Assembly: GCA_017612915.1 (NCBI GenBank)
Contig: JAGAEX010000031.1
Location: forward strand, 11,449-75,448
DNA: 64,000 bases
Source of the DNA: Clostridia bacterium
GTDB taxonomy: Bacteria; Bacillota; Clostridia; Christensenellales; Borkfalkiaceae
Direction of reading: 5' to 3'
Of this stretch, positions 36,653 to 45,034 are shown in pieces. Under the pieces are notes generated by a model that worked only from the letters and a program-made list of their open reading frames with translations, was not told the origin of the DNA and ran no database searches. A program made the position numbers and the translations under genes. The stretch's first letter is position 1. The number at the start of each line of letters is the position of its first letter.

Positions 36653-38437
36653 ATGTGCGGAATAGTAGGGTTTATTGGCAAATCGCCCGAAAAAGTTTTG
36701 TTGGACGGGCTTAAACGGTTGGAATACAGAGGATACGATTCAGCGGGGATTGCTTTGAAAAACGGCGATGATATCGAGTTGTTTAAGGCGAAAGGCGAGA
36801 TAAGAAATCTTGAGAAGATAGTTCCGGATAAAACATCGGCGGAAATCGGTGTCGGGCATACGCGTTGGGCGACCCACGGTAAACCCGACGAGATAAACGC
36901 GCACCCGCACGTTTCTTCCGATAAAAAATGGGCTATAGTTCACAACGGCATCATCGAAAATTATTTGGCAATAAAGGCTAAACTCAACGCGTTCGGCTAT
37001 GAATTTTACAGCGAAACGGACACCGAAACCGTCGCTAAATTATTAGAATATTATCAGAAGAAAGGTTACGACGAGATAACTTCTTTAAACAAGACCGTTA
37101 ACGCGTTGAAGGGCAGTTATGCTTTGGGGATAATCAACAAAAACAGCGATTGTCTTTATTTTGCAAAGAATAAAAGTCCGCTGTTTTTGGCAAAAAGCGG
37201 CGACGAAATAATGCTTGCGAGCGATATAATTTGTTTTAAAGGATTTGCGAAAGAATATTATCCGTTGGTGGACGGGATATTCGGTTTTGCGTCCAAAGAA
37301 AAGATCGTTTTTTACGATAATCTCGGCGAAACGGAGATCAAGCCGCTGCCTTTGGATCTCGGTGAATACGACAATCTTAACACTTATAAACATTTTATGA
37401 TAAAAGAGATATACGACACAAAAACCGCTATCAAAAATATCATTGAGTATTACGGCGTAAAGGAAAATTGCGACAGGTTAGCGGATTACGATTTGTCTGA
37501 AATCACGAAGGTTAAATTCGTGGGGTGCGGCACGGCATATCACGCTTGCCTTTTGGGGGCGAATATGCTGTTTGAAAAAACGGGTATCGATGCGACTTCT
37601 TACGTTGCGAGCGAATTCCGCTACGGAAATTTAAGTCTTGATAATAAGACGATGGTGGTTTTGGTCAGCCAGAGCGGTGAAACGGCAGATACTCTCGCGG
37701 CGTTTGAGCGCGCCAAAGAAAGCGGTGCGTTTACCGTTGGCATAGTCAACGTAGAATATAGTACGCTCAGTAAAAAAGTTGACGTCAGTTTCCCTATAAA
37801 AGCGGGCGTTGAGATCGCCGTTGCATCCACGAAGGCGTTCAGTTCCCAGCTTTGCGTCTTAAATATTTTTGCGGGCATTGTTGCAAGAAAACTTTTTAAA
37901 TCGGTCGATCCGCTTGCTGATGTCAGAGCGCTTTACGAAAAATTCGATTACGGTAACGTCAACGATTTCAAACTTTTAGCCGACGTTCTTCGGTATAACG
38001 ATAAATTATTTATGATAGGGCGCGGAGATGACTATTGCGTTGCGCAGGAAGCGTGCCTTAAAATTAAGGAAACTTCTTATATTAATTCAAATACCTATTA
38101 CGCGGGCGAACTTAAACACGGGTTTTTGGCGCTTATCGATGAGCAGTCTTACGTTGTCGTTTTTGCCACGAATAAAGAGATATTCGGCAAAACCGTTTGC
38201 AACGCCGAAGAAGCAAAGGCACGCGGCGGTAAAATAATATTGTTTACCTGTTTTGATCTGGATGCGAGCGATGCTGATAATTTTTATTATATTATAAAGA
38301 CAAAAGAGCTCGGAAATTCCCTTCAAGCGGTATTGAATATCATACCGTGGCAGATAATTGCCTATTATATTTCGGTCAATAAGGGGATAAATCCCGATAA
38401 GCCGAGAAACCTTGCGAAAAGCGTTACGGTCGAATAA
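36653..38437 (+). CDS. glmS: Glutamine--fructose-6-phosphate aminotransferase
   Basis: 594 aa. The N-terminus is MCGIVG (Ntn amidotransferase). It has two SIS domains and ends KPRNLAKSVTVE. It starts 2 nt after the glmM stop. Confidence 0.95.
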   Translation: MCGIVGFIGKSPEKVLLDGLKRLEYRGYDSAGIALKNGDDIELFKAKGEIRNLEKIVPDKTSAEIGVGHTRWATHGKPDEINAHPHVSSDKKWAIVHNGIIENYLAIKAKLNAFGYEFYSETDTETVAKLLEYYQKKGYDEITSLNKTVNALKGSYALGIINKNSDCLYFAKNKSPLFLAKSGDEIMLASDIICFKGFAKEYYPLVDGIFGFASKEKIVFYDNLGETEIKPLPLDLGEYDNLNTYKHFMIKEIYDTKTAIKNIIEYYGVKENCDRLADYDLSEITKVKFVGCGTAYHACLLGANMLFEKTGIDATSYVASEFRYGNLSLDNKTMVVLVSQSGETADTLAAFERAKESGAFTVGIVNVEYSTLSKKVDVSFPIKAGVEIAVASTKAFSSQLCVLNIFAGIVARKLFKSVDPLADVRALYEKFDYGNVNDFKLLADVLRYNDKLFMIGRGDDYCVAQEACLKIKETSYINSNTYYAGELKHGFLALIDEQSYVVVFATNKEIFGKTVCNAEEAKARGGKIILFTCFDLDASDADNFYYIIKTKELGNSLQAVLNIIPWQIIAYYISVNKGINPDKPRNLAKSVTVE

Positions 38438-38456
38438 ATTTTATTAAAAAGGCAAG

Positions 38457-38501
38457 CCGCGTTTTGTTGCCGACTTATTTCGGTGAAAAAACGCGGTTTT
38501 T
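38457..38501 (+). terminator. Putative rho-independent terminator after glmS
   Basis: CCGCGTTTT (38457-38465) pairs with AAAACGCGG (38488-38496) across a long loop, followed by TTTTT. Confidence 0.5.
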
Positions 38502-38531
38502 CGTTTAAAAATAAATAATTAAAAATAATAA

Positions 38532-38560
38532 TTGATTTTACAAAAATTTTTTTATATGAT
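38532..38560 (+). promoter_or_regulatory. Possible sigma-A promoter (TTGATT-17-TATGAT)
   Basis: TTGATT at 38532-38537, a 17-nt spacer, and TATGAT at 38555-38560, upstream of the membrane protein gene. Confidence 0.45.
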
Positions 38561-38586
38561 ATACTTATTAGCGAAGGAGTGCGGTT

Positions 38587-39060
38587 ATGAAATCTAAAAA
38601 GAATTTGATCGTAGGTATTTCCATTTTAGCGGTATTGTTTATATCGCTCACTTTTTTATTGCTGAATGTGTTTATTCCGTTTACGCTTTGGGTGCATCCC
38701 GTTCTTAACTTTTTATTCGTAATGTTCGTAGGATTCGGGATATTGACTCTCGTTGCGGGGTTTAAGACGAAAAATCCGTGGTTTTTCTTCTGGGCGTCAG
38801 TTTTGCTTGGGCTTTCAATGTTTTACGTTTTGTTAAACTATATGAAGCTTTGGTGGATTGTTCTTATAATACTTGTTGTTTTCTGGGCGGCAATGGCTGT
38901 GATGTCGTTTATGAGAGTGGGTAGCGTGGAAGATGTATCTCTTAACAAATCTCCCGAATATAAGACTTACGATCAGAGAAAGGCGGAAGAAGCGGCAAAA
39001 GCGGAAACCGAAGAGAAAGAAGAAAAGCCGCTGCCTACCTTGAAATCTTTTAAAGACTGA
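38587..39060 (+). CDS. Membrane protein (4 TM) with a charged Lys/Glu-rich C-terminal tail, unknown function
   Basis: 157 aa. The SD is GAAGGAG. Four hydrophobic helices are followed by ...DQRKAEEAAKAETEEKEEKPLP. Confidence 0.65.
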   Translation: MKSKKNLIVGISILAVLFISLTFLLLNVFIPFTLWVHPVLNFLFVMFVGFGILTLVAGFKTKNPWFFFWASVLLGLSMFYVLLNYMKLWWIVLIILVVFWAAMAVMSFMRVGSVEDVSLNKSPEYKTYDQRKAEEAAKAETEEKEEKPLPTLKSFKD

Positions 39061-39089
39061 TAAAACTAAAATAGTATTAGGGCAATTTA

Positions 39090-40541
39090 ATGGAATTGAG
39101 AAATTTAACGCTACTTACCGACCTGTATCAACTTACGATGATGAACGGTTATCTTAAAGAAAACCGCAAGGATGAGATTGCTGTTTTTGACGTTTTTTTC
39201 AGACAGAACGGTATGATAACCTATTCGGTCGCTTGCGGATTGGAACAGACGGTCGATTATATTTTAAATCTGAACTTCGGCGAAGACGAAATTCAATATC
39301 TTAAAAGTCTCGGCATCTTTTGCAAAGAGTTTTTGGATTACCTTAAAGACTTTAAGTTTACGGGCGACCTTTACGCCGTTAAAGAAGGTACTCTGGTTTT
39401 TCCCGGTGAGCCTATTTTAACGGTTAAAGCGCCTATTATGCAAGCCCAACTCGTCGAAACCGCAATACTTAACAATATAAATTTCCAGACGCTAATCGCG
39501 ACTAAATCAGCAAAAATACGTTACGCCGCGAAAGACGATATAGTAATGGAATTCGGGCTTCGTCGCGCTCAGGCGCCCGATGCCGGTATTTACGGTGCGA
39601 GAGCGGCAGTGATTGGCGGTTGTAATTCTACTTCCAATGTTCTGGCCGGGAAAATGTTCGATATACCCGTTTCGGGGACTCACGCGCACAGTTGGGTTAT
39701 GAACTTTAAAGACGAATATACCGCTTTTCGCGCGTATGCCGAAGTTTATCCCGATAACGCGTTGCTTTTGGTCGATACGTACGACACGTTAAAACAGGGC
39801 GTTCCGAACGCTATTAAGGTGTTTAACGAGTTGAAGGAGAAAGGATATAAACCGAAGGGAATAAGGCTTGATTCGGGCGATCTTGCGTATTTATCCAAAA
39901 AAGCCCGTAAAATGCTGGACGATGCCGGTTTTCCGGACACAATTATTTGCGCGTCCGGCGACCTGGACGAATATTCTATTTTTTCACTTAAAAATCAGGG
40001 GGCGGCAATAAATTCTTGGGGCGTCGGTACGAAACTCATTACGAGTGCGGATATGCCGGCTTTGGGCGGCGTGTATAAACTCGCGGCGGTGCAGAGTGAA
40101 GACGGCAAGTTGGTGCCCAAGATAAAGGTTTCGGAATCGGTTGAAAAGATCACGAACCCCGGGTTTAAGAATATTTACAGGGTTTACGATAGGGAGACGG
40201 GAAAAGCGGAGGCTGACTTTATTTATTTAAGAGATGAAGCCTCTTACGATACGACGAAACCGCTCGTTTTAACTCATCCGACCGAAAGATGGAAAAAGAT
40301 AACTTTTGAAAATTACGAGTTAAGACCTTTACAAGTAGATGTTATAATAGGGGGCAAATTGGTTTATAAATTGCCTTCGTTAAAAGAGATTAAGGCTTAC
40401 GCCGAAAGCGAACTCGAAAGTTTTTGGGACGAATACAAGCGTCTTGACAAACCGCACATTTATAAAGTCGATTTGTCCGACAGTCTTTTCGAGTTAAAGC
40501 AAGCAATGCTTGATAAGATTCGCAATCAAGGCGTAAAATAG
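39090..40541 (+). CDS. pncB: Nicotinate phosphoribosyltransferase
   Basis: 483 aa. It contains LLTDLYQLTMMNGY, FGLRRAQ, SGTHAHSW and RLDSGDL, the hallmark NAPRTase motifs. Confidence 0.9.
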   Translation: MELRNLTLLTDLYQLTMMNGYLKENRKDEIAVFDVFFRQNGMITYSVACGLEQTVDYILNLNFGEDEIQYLKSLGIFCKEFLDYLKDFKFTGDLYAVKEGTLVFPGEPILTVKAPIMQAQLVETAILNNINFQTLIATKSAKIRYAAKDDIVMEFGLRRAQAPDAGIYGARAAVIGGCNSTSNVLAGKMFDIPVSGTHAHSWVMNFKDEYTAFRAYAEVYPDNALLLVDTYDTLKQGVPNAIKVFNELKEKGYKPKGIRLDSGDLAYLSKKARKMLDDAGFPDTIICASGDLDEYSIFSLKNQGAAINSWGVGTKLITSADMPALGGVYKLAAVQSEDGKLVPKIKVSESVEKITNPGFKNIYRVYDRETGKAEADFIYLRDEASYDTTKPLVLTHPTERWKKITFENYELRPLQVDVIIGGKLVYKLPSLKEIKAYAESELESFWDEYKRLDKPHIYKVDLSDSLFELKQAMLDKIRNQGVK

Positions 40542-40558
40542 TGTTTCAGGGGTAAGAT

Positions 40559-41155
40559 TTGGAGTTCAGTAAAAGAAAATACGCGAGAAACGAAGTGGAG
40601 AAGATCGTGAGCGAAGTTTCACGCGGGTATGAAGAAAGGTTGGCGGAGCAAAAAGCAAGGATCGCGGAACTGGTTCGCGATAATTCTGCGTGTCGTGCGG
40701 AACTCGATTCGTATATCGGTAAGGATAAACAGATTTCGGACGCGTTGAAAAATGCTGAAGCCTATTCTGACGAACTTAGACGGAAATCGGATATGCAATA
40801 TTCGCTTGCTGTGGAAAAATTGGCGGCTTTTTTAGTCAAATGGCAGACTTATTTCGATCATCTGAAAGAAAAATATCCTATGTATCCGATAGTGCAGGAA
40901 GCCGTTACTTTAAAAGAGAAAATCAGTGAGATTGTCGGTAAGCACGACGAACGGACGGTCGTTTATTTGGCGGATAAAGAAATTGACGGGGTGGAAAATT
41001 TCAAGACGACTTTCGATCCGAAGGAAAAAATTGCCGATTATATCGCGGCGACGAGCGATAATGGTTTCAATATGGACGAAGTGTTGAATCCCGGCGCACT
41101 TCGCTTGGAGGATTTATGCAAAGAACTGGGGCTTTTGTCGGAAAAAGACTTGTAA
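40559..41155 (+). CDS. DivIVA-domain-like coiled-coil protein
   Basis: 198 aa with a TTG start (a stop lies 2 codons upstream). GGGGT sits 5 nt before the start. It contains FSKRKYARNEVEKIVSEVSRGYEE followed by a coiled coil. It sits upstream of lspA-rluD, which is where divIVA sits in Firmicutes. Confidence 0.5.
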   Translation: MEFSKRKYARNEVEKIVSEVSRGYEERLAEQKARIAELVRDNSACRAELDSYIGKDKQISDALKNAEAYSDELRRKSDMQYSLAVEKLAAFLVKWQTYFDHLKEKYPMYPIVQEAVTLKEKISEIVGKHDERTVVYLADKEIDGVENFKTTFDPKEKIADYIAATSDNGFNMDEVLNPGALRLEDLCKELGLLSEKDL

Positions 41156-41661
41156 TTTTCATAATTATTCCCATTCTTTTGCTGGCAGCTTTAATAGGGC
41201 TCGATCAGGTAACCAAGTTTTTTGCCGCACGCGATAAGGTACAGTCTGTTGTTATTGACGATTTTTTTTATTTGTCGTATTCGACGAACACAGGCGCGGG
41301 TTTCAGTTTTTTGGCCGATAAAGAGTGGGGACAGATCTTGTTTAAGATATTGACTCCTTTTGCGCTCGTGGCGTTTCTTCTTGTCTATCTGTTTGCGCTT
41401 AAAAAATCGTATAAATGGCTTTCTTATTCGGTCGTTTTGATGGTTGCCGGTACGATAGGGAATTTTATCGACAGGTTGTTAAACGGTGCAGTCGTCGATT
41501 TTTTGAGTTTTAAGTTCGGCAGTTATTATTTTCCGACTTTTAACGTGGCTGATATATGTCTTACAGTCGGCGTTATTATGGTGATTTTTCACTTTTTGTT
41601 TTTAGACGCGAACGCTTTATTTGCTAAAAAACAAACTGATAAAGAAAATGGAAATACTTAA
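41116..41661 (+). CDS. lspA: Lipoprotein signal peptidase (signal peptidase II)
   Basis: 181 aa. It contains DQVTKFFA, NTGAGFSF, GNFIDRL and FNVADICLTVG. The SD GGAGGA lies 5 nt upstream. It overlaps the DivIVA-like gene by 40 nt. Confidence 0.9.
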   Translation: MQRTGAFVGKRLVIFIIIPILLLAALIGLDQVTKFFAARDKVQSVVIDDFFYLSYSTNTGAGFSFLADKEWGQILFKILTPFALVAFLLVYLFALKKSYKWLSYSVVLMVAGTIGNFIDRLLNGAVVDFLSFKFGSYYFPTFNVADICLTVGVIMVIFHFLFLDANALFAKKQTDKENGNT

Positions 41662-42550
41662 ATTTACAGTAGATTCGGATAAAATCAGGGCGGATTTGTT
41701 TTTGTCAGAAAAAAGCGGCTTTTCGCGTTCGAGAGTTAAAAAACTTTTGGATGAAGGTTTTTGCGTTATGAACAATAAGCCGATAAAGGGCAATAAACTG
41801 CTAAAAATCGGCGAAGTGTTAACTCTTACCGTTCCCGACGAAAAATCACTTGATCTTGCGCCCGAGAATATTCCGCTTGAAATCGTGTATCAGGATGAAG
41901 ATCTTGCGGTCGTTAATAAACCGCAAGGTATGACTGTCCACGCGGGAAACGGAACCAACGGCGGCACACTTGTAAACGCGCTTTTGTACCATCTGGACTC
42001 GCTTTCGGGTATTAACGGGATAATACGCCCCGGTATCGTTCATAGGATAGATAAAAACACTTCGGGACTGTTGGTCGTTGCGAAAAACGATAAGGCGCAC
42101 GTTGCGCTTGCAAAACAACTTGAAAATAAAACCTGTCGCAGAATTTATATTGCGCTTTTAGAAGGTGATTTAAAGCGCGACGAAGGCGAAGTCGAGACTT
42201 TTATAGGACGGGATACCGCTAACAGAACTAAAATGGCGGTAGTTAAAAGCGGACGAAAAGCGATAACCGTTTTTAAGGTTATAAAACGTTTTAACGGTTA
42301 TACGTTGTGCGAATTTTCCCTTAAAACGGGCAGGACTCATCAGATAAGGGTTCACGCGAAATATTTAGGGCATCCGATAGTCGGCGATCCCGAATACGGC
42401 TATAAAAACTGTAAATTCAATCTTAAAGGTCAACTTTTACACGCAAAAACCTTACAATTCGTACACCCGACCACGGGTGAAAAAATGACCTTCAATGCGC
42501 CGCTCCCCGAATATTTCGAGAAAGTGCTTAAAATTATTGAAAATAAATAA
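41648..42550 (+). CDS. rluD: RluA-family 23S rRNA pseudouridine synthase (RluD-like)
   Basis: It has an S4-like N-terminus (RADLFLSEKSGFSRSRVKKLL), the catalytic motif HRIDKNTSGLLVVAKN, and KTGRTHQIRVH. I prefer the ATG at 41648 over the track TTG at 41621. Confidence 0.85.
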   Translation: MEILKFTVDSDKIRADLFLSEKSGFSRSRVKKLLDEGFCVMNNKPIKGNKLLKIGEVLTLTVPDEKSLDLAPENIPLEIVYQDEDLAVVNKPQGMTVHAGNGTNGGTLVNALLYHLDSLSGINGIIRPGIVHRIDKNTSGLLVVAKNDKAHVALAKQLENKTCRRIYIALLEGDLKRDEGEVETFIGRDTANRTKMAVVKSGRKAITVFKVIKRFNGYTLCEFSLKTGRTHQIRVHAKYLGHPIVGDPEYGYKNCKFNLKGQLLHAKTLQFVHPTTGEKMTFNAPLPEYFEKVLKIIENK

Positions 42551-42563
42551 TTAAGGAGATATT

Positions 42564-42851
42564 ATGAAAAAGACGGATAACAACGTAAACATTTTAAATC
42601 TTATGGCTTTTATCGGCGTTATACTCGTAGCGTTGCTTGAAATTTTCAGTTTAAGTTTTGTAAGAGATCTTATTTCGCTCGGTCCAACGCTCGAACATCT
42701 GCTTAATACTGTAAAAAACGTTTGTATTATGCTTGTTATAGGCTTTACCGCTTATAATTTTGTAAAAGGCAAAGGCAAAGGCTGGCTTATAATTTATATC
42801 ATTGCAATGTCTATTATTTTAATTGCAACGATTTTGGCTTGGATAGTTTAA
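42564..42851 (+). CDS. Small membrane protein (3 TM), unknown function
   Basis: 95 aa. The SD is AAGGAG. It has three hydrophobic segments. Confidence 0.6.
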   Translation: MKKTDNNVNILNLMAFIGVILVALLEIFSLSFVRDLISLGPTLEHLLNTVKNVCIMLVIGFTAYNFVKGKGKGWLIIYIIAMSIILIATILAWIV

Positions 42852-42869
42852 TAAAAGGAAATAATTTCA

Positions 42870-44186
42870 GTGGCAAAACCTTTGGTTGCGATCGTTGGCC
42901 GACCTAACGTTGGCAAATCGACTTTTTTTAATAAGGTAACGGGCAGAAAACTGTCCATCGTTGAAGACTTTCCCGGCGTAACTCGCGACCGCGTATACGC
43001 GGATGCGGAGTGGTGCGGGAAATTTTTCACGCTTATCGATACCGGCGGATTGGAGCTTAAGTCGACCGATGAAATGTGGGTCCATATTCAAAAACAAGCC
43101 GAAATAGCGATTGAAACGGCAGACGTTATCGTACTTTTCACCGATGCGAAATCCGGGCTGACTTCAGCAGATCAGGAAGTAGCTTTAAAACTTCGTAAGT
43201 CCGGTAAGCCCGTAATATTGGCTGTTAATAAACTTGATAATTATTCCCAGGATAAACTTTTTGAGTTTTATAACTTAGGACTTGGCGAACCCTTCGGTAT
43301 TTCTGCCGAACACGGCACAGGTGTCGGGGATCTTTTAGATGAGATAACCGAGAAATTTAGCGACTTGACAAAGGAAGATGATGCTGATTCTATTAAGATA
43401 GCAATTGTTGGAAAGCCAAACGCGGGAAAGTCGAGTTTATGTAATAAATTACTTGGGTTTAATAGGACGATTGTGTCTGACATAGCGGGCACTACTCGCG
43501 ACGCTGTTGACACTGATTTCGTTTTTAACGGCGATAAGTTCACCTTGATTGATACTGCCGGTATCAGAAAGAAAAGTAGCGTGAACGAAGACCTTGAATA
43601 TTATAGTGTTCTTCGTGCTCTGGGCGCTATAAGACGTGCTGACGTTTGCGTTATGGTGATCGACGCGGAATCGGGTGTTACTGAACAGGACGTTAAGATC
43701 TGTGGGTATATTCACGAGCAGAATAAGCCGTCGATTATAGCAATGAATAAGTGGGATATTATTGAAAAGGATACTAATACCATTAATATTTTCAACGCTA
43801 AATTATCGGAAGATCTTAAATTTATGGATTATTACATCCCCGTATATATTTCGGCAAAAACAGGTCAAAGAACGGATAAGGTGTTGAATTTATGTAAAAA
43901 CGCGCTTGAAAACTCGCAAAAACGTATATCCACGGGCGCGTTGAACGACTTGATTTTGGACTGTGTAAGGGCTAACGAACCGCCGTCGGTAAACGGTAAA
44001 CGCCTGAAAATTTCTTACGTTACACAGGCGGAAACCGTACCGCCGACCTTTATTATATTCGTTAACGAAGAAAGGCTTTTACATTTCTCATACAAGCGTT
44101 ATTTGGAAAATTGTATCAGAAAGGCTTACGACTTTTCTGGTACGCCAATCAGGATAATTGCGAGGGAAAAACGCGATGATCTATAG
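42870..44186 (+). CDS. der: Ribosome-associated GTPase Der/EngA
   Basis: 438 aa with a GTG start. It has two G domains (GRPNVGKST and GKPNAGKSS; DTGG and DTAG; NKLD and NKWD) plus a KH-like C-terminus. Confidence 0.95.
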   Translation: MAKPLVAIVGRPNVGKSTFFNKVTGRKLSIVEDFPGVTRDRVYADAEWCGKFFTLIDTGGLELKSTDEMWVHIQKQAEIAIETADVIVLFTDAKSGLTSADQEVALKLRKSGKPVILAVNKLDNYSQDKLFEFYNLGLGEPFGISAEHGTGVGDLLDEITEKFSDLTKEDDADSIKIAIVGKPNAGKSSLCNKLLGFNRTIVSDIAGTTRDAVDTDFVFNGDKFTLIDTAGIRKKSSVNEDLEYYSVLRALGAIRRADVCVMVIDAESGVTEQDVKICGYIHEQNKPSIIAMNKWDIIEKDTNTINIFNAKLSEDLKFMDYYIPVYISAKTGQRTDKVLNLCKNALENSQKRISTGALNDLILDCVRANEPPSVNGKRLKISYVTQAETVPPTFIIFVNEERLLHFSYKRYLENCIRKAYDFSGTPIRIIAREKRDDL

Positions 44187-44946
44187 TTTATGGCTTGCCG
44201 TTATTGGTGTTTGCAGTTATCTTTTTGGCAGTTTTAATTGGGCGCTTATTATTTCAAGGCTTAAAAAACTTGATATCCGTAAAGTGGGCAGCGGAAATCC
44301 CGGTACGCTGAATATGAGCAGAAATCTTGGGTTTAAGTTCGGTCTTTTAACTTTTTTCCTTGATTTATTGAAAGGCGCTATGCCGACTTTGGTGGCTTTT
44401 TTCGTTTTTAACGACCAAAAATTTTCCAATTCAGATTTTTATATTCGCGATTTTGCTATTTATTTAAGCGGACTTTGTGTGGTCCTTGGCCATATTTATC
44501 CGATATACTTTAAATTTAAAGGCGGAAAGGGTATTGCGTCAACAATAGGCGTTTTTATGGTCTGCGAATCCGTTCACGGTATAGGTTGGGCAACTGTTGC
44601 GATTATGGCACTTGTTGCCGCCGCGGTTTTTATTTATCTTACCGAATTCGGCGCGATGGGATCTTTTATTGCTATAACTCCGCCCGCGATAAGCGGTTGT
44701 ATCAGGCTGTTTTTAGATTACGGTCGAAGCGGTGGGCATACGTTCAGTTCGGGAACTTTGGCGTTTTTGGTAGTGTCTAATATGTTTATTTTCGCAATAT
44801 GCTTTTTTACTTGGTTTGCGCACAGAAAAAACATAGAGCGTATGCTTGCTGGCGAAGAACATCCGACTTCTTTTAAAAAAATGATGGTAAAAGCCAGGGC
44901 TAAAAAAATTCAGGAACAAAAGCAGTCTGAAAACGATAATCTGTAA
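44176..44946 (+). CDS. plsY: Glycerol-3-phosphate acyltransferase PlsY, with a C-terminal basic extension
   Basis: It contains GSFNWALIISR, GSGNPGTLN, KGGKGIA and HRKNIERMLAGEE, followed by about 30 extra residues. The ATG at 44176 follows GAGGGA (track ORF starts at 44158). Confidence 0.85.
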   Translation: MIYSLWLAVIGVCSYLFGSFNWALIISRLKKLDIRKVGSGNPGTLNMSRNLGFKFGLLTFFLDLLKGAMPTLVAFFVFNDQKFSNSDFYIRDFAIYLSGLCVVLGHIYPIYFKFKGGKGIASTIGVFMVCESVHGIGWATVAIMALVAAAVFIYLTEFGAMGSFIAITPPAISGCIRLFLDYGRSGGHTFSSGTLAFLVVSNMFIFAICFFTWFAHRKNIERMLAGEEHPTSFKKMMVKARAKKIQEQKQSENDNL

Positions 44947-44977
44947 TCCTGTTCTTGTCCTTATTTTTTCGATAATT

Positions 44978-45006
44978 TCATAAGCGGGTAAAACCTTTCA
45001 TATATT
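44978..45006 (+). promoter_or_regulatory. Candidate sigma-E-type promoter of spoIVA
   Basis: The arrangement is TCATAAG-N14-CATATATT, ending 29 nt before the ATG. The geometry matches the element upstream of the spoVM-like ORF. spoIVA is SigE-dependent in B. subtilis. Confidence 0.35.
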
Positions 45007-45034
45007 ACTTTTGTAGCGTATGGGAGGTTTTTTT

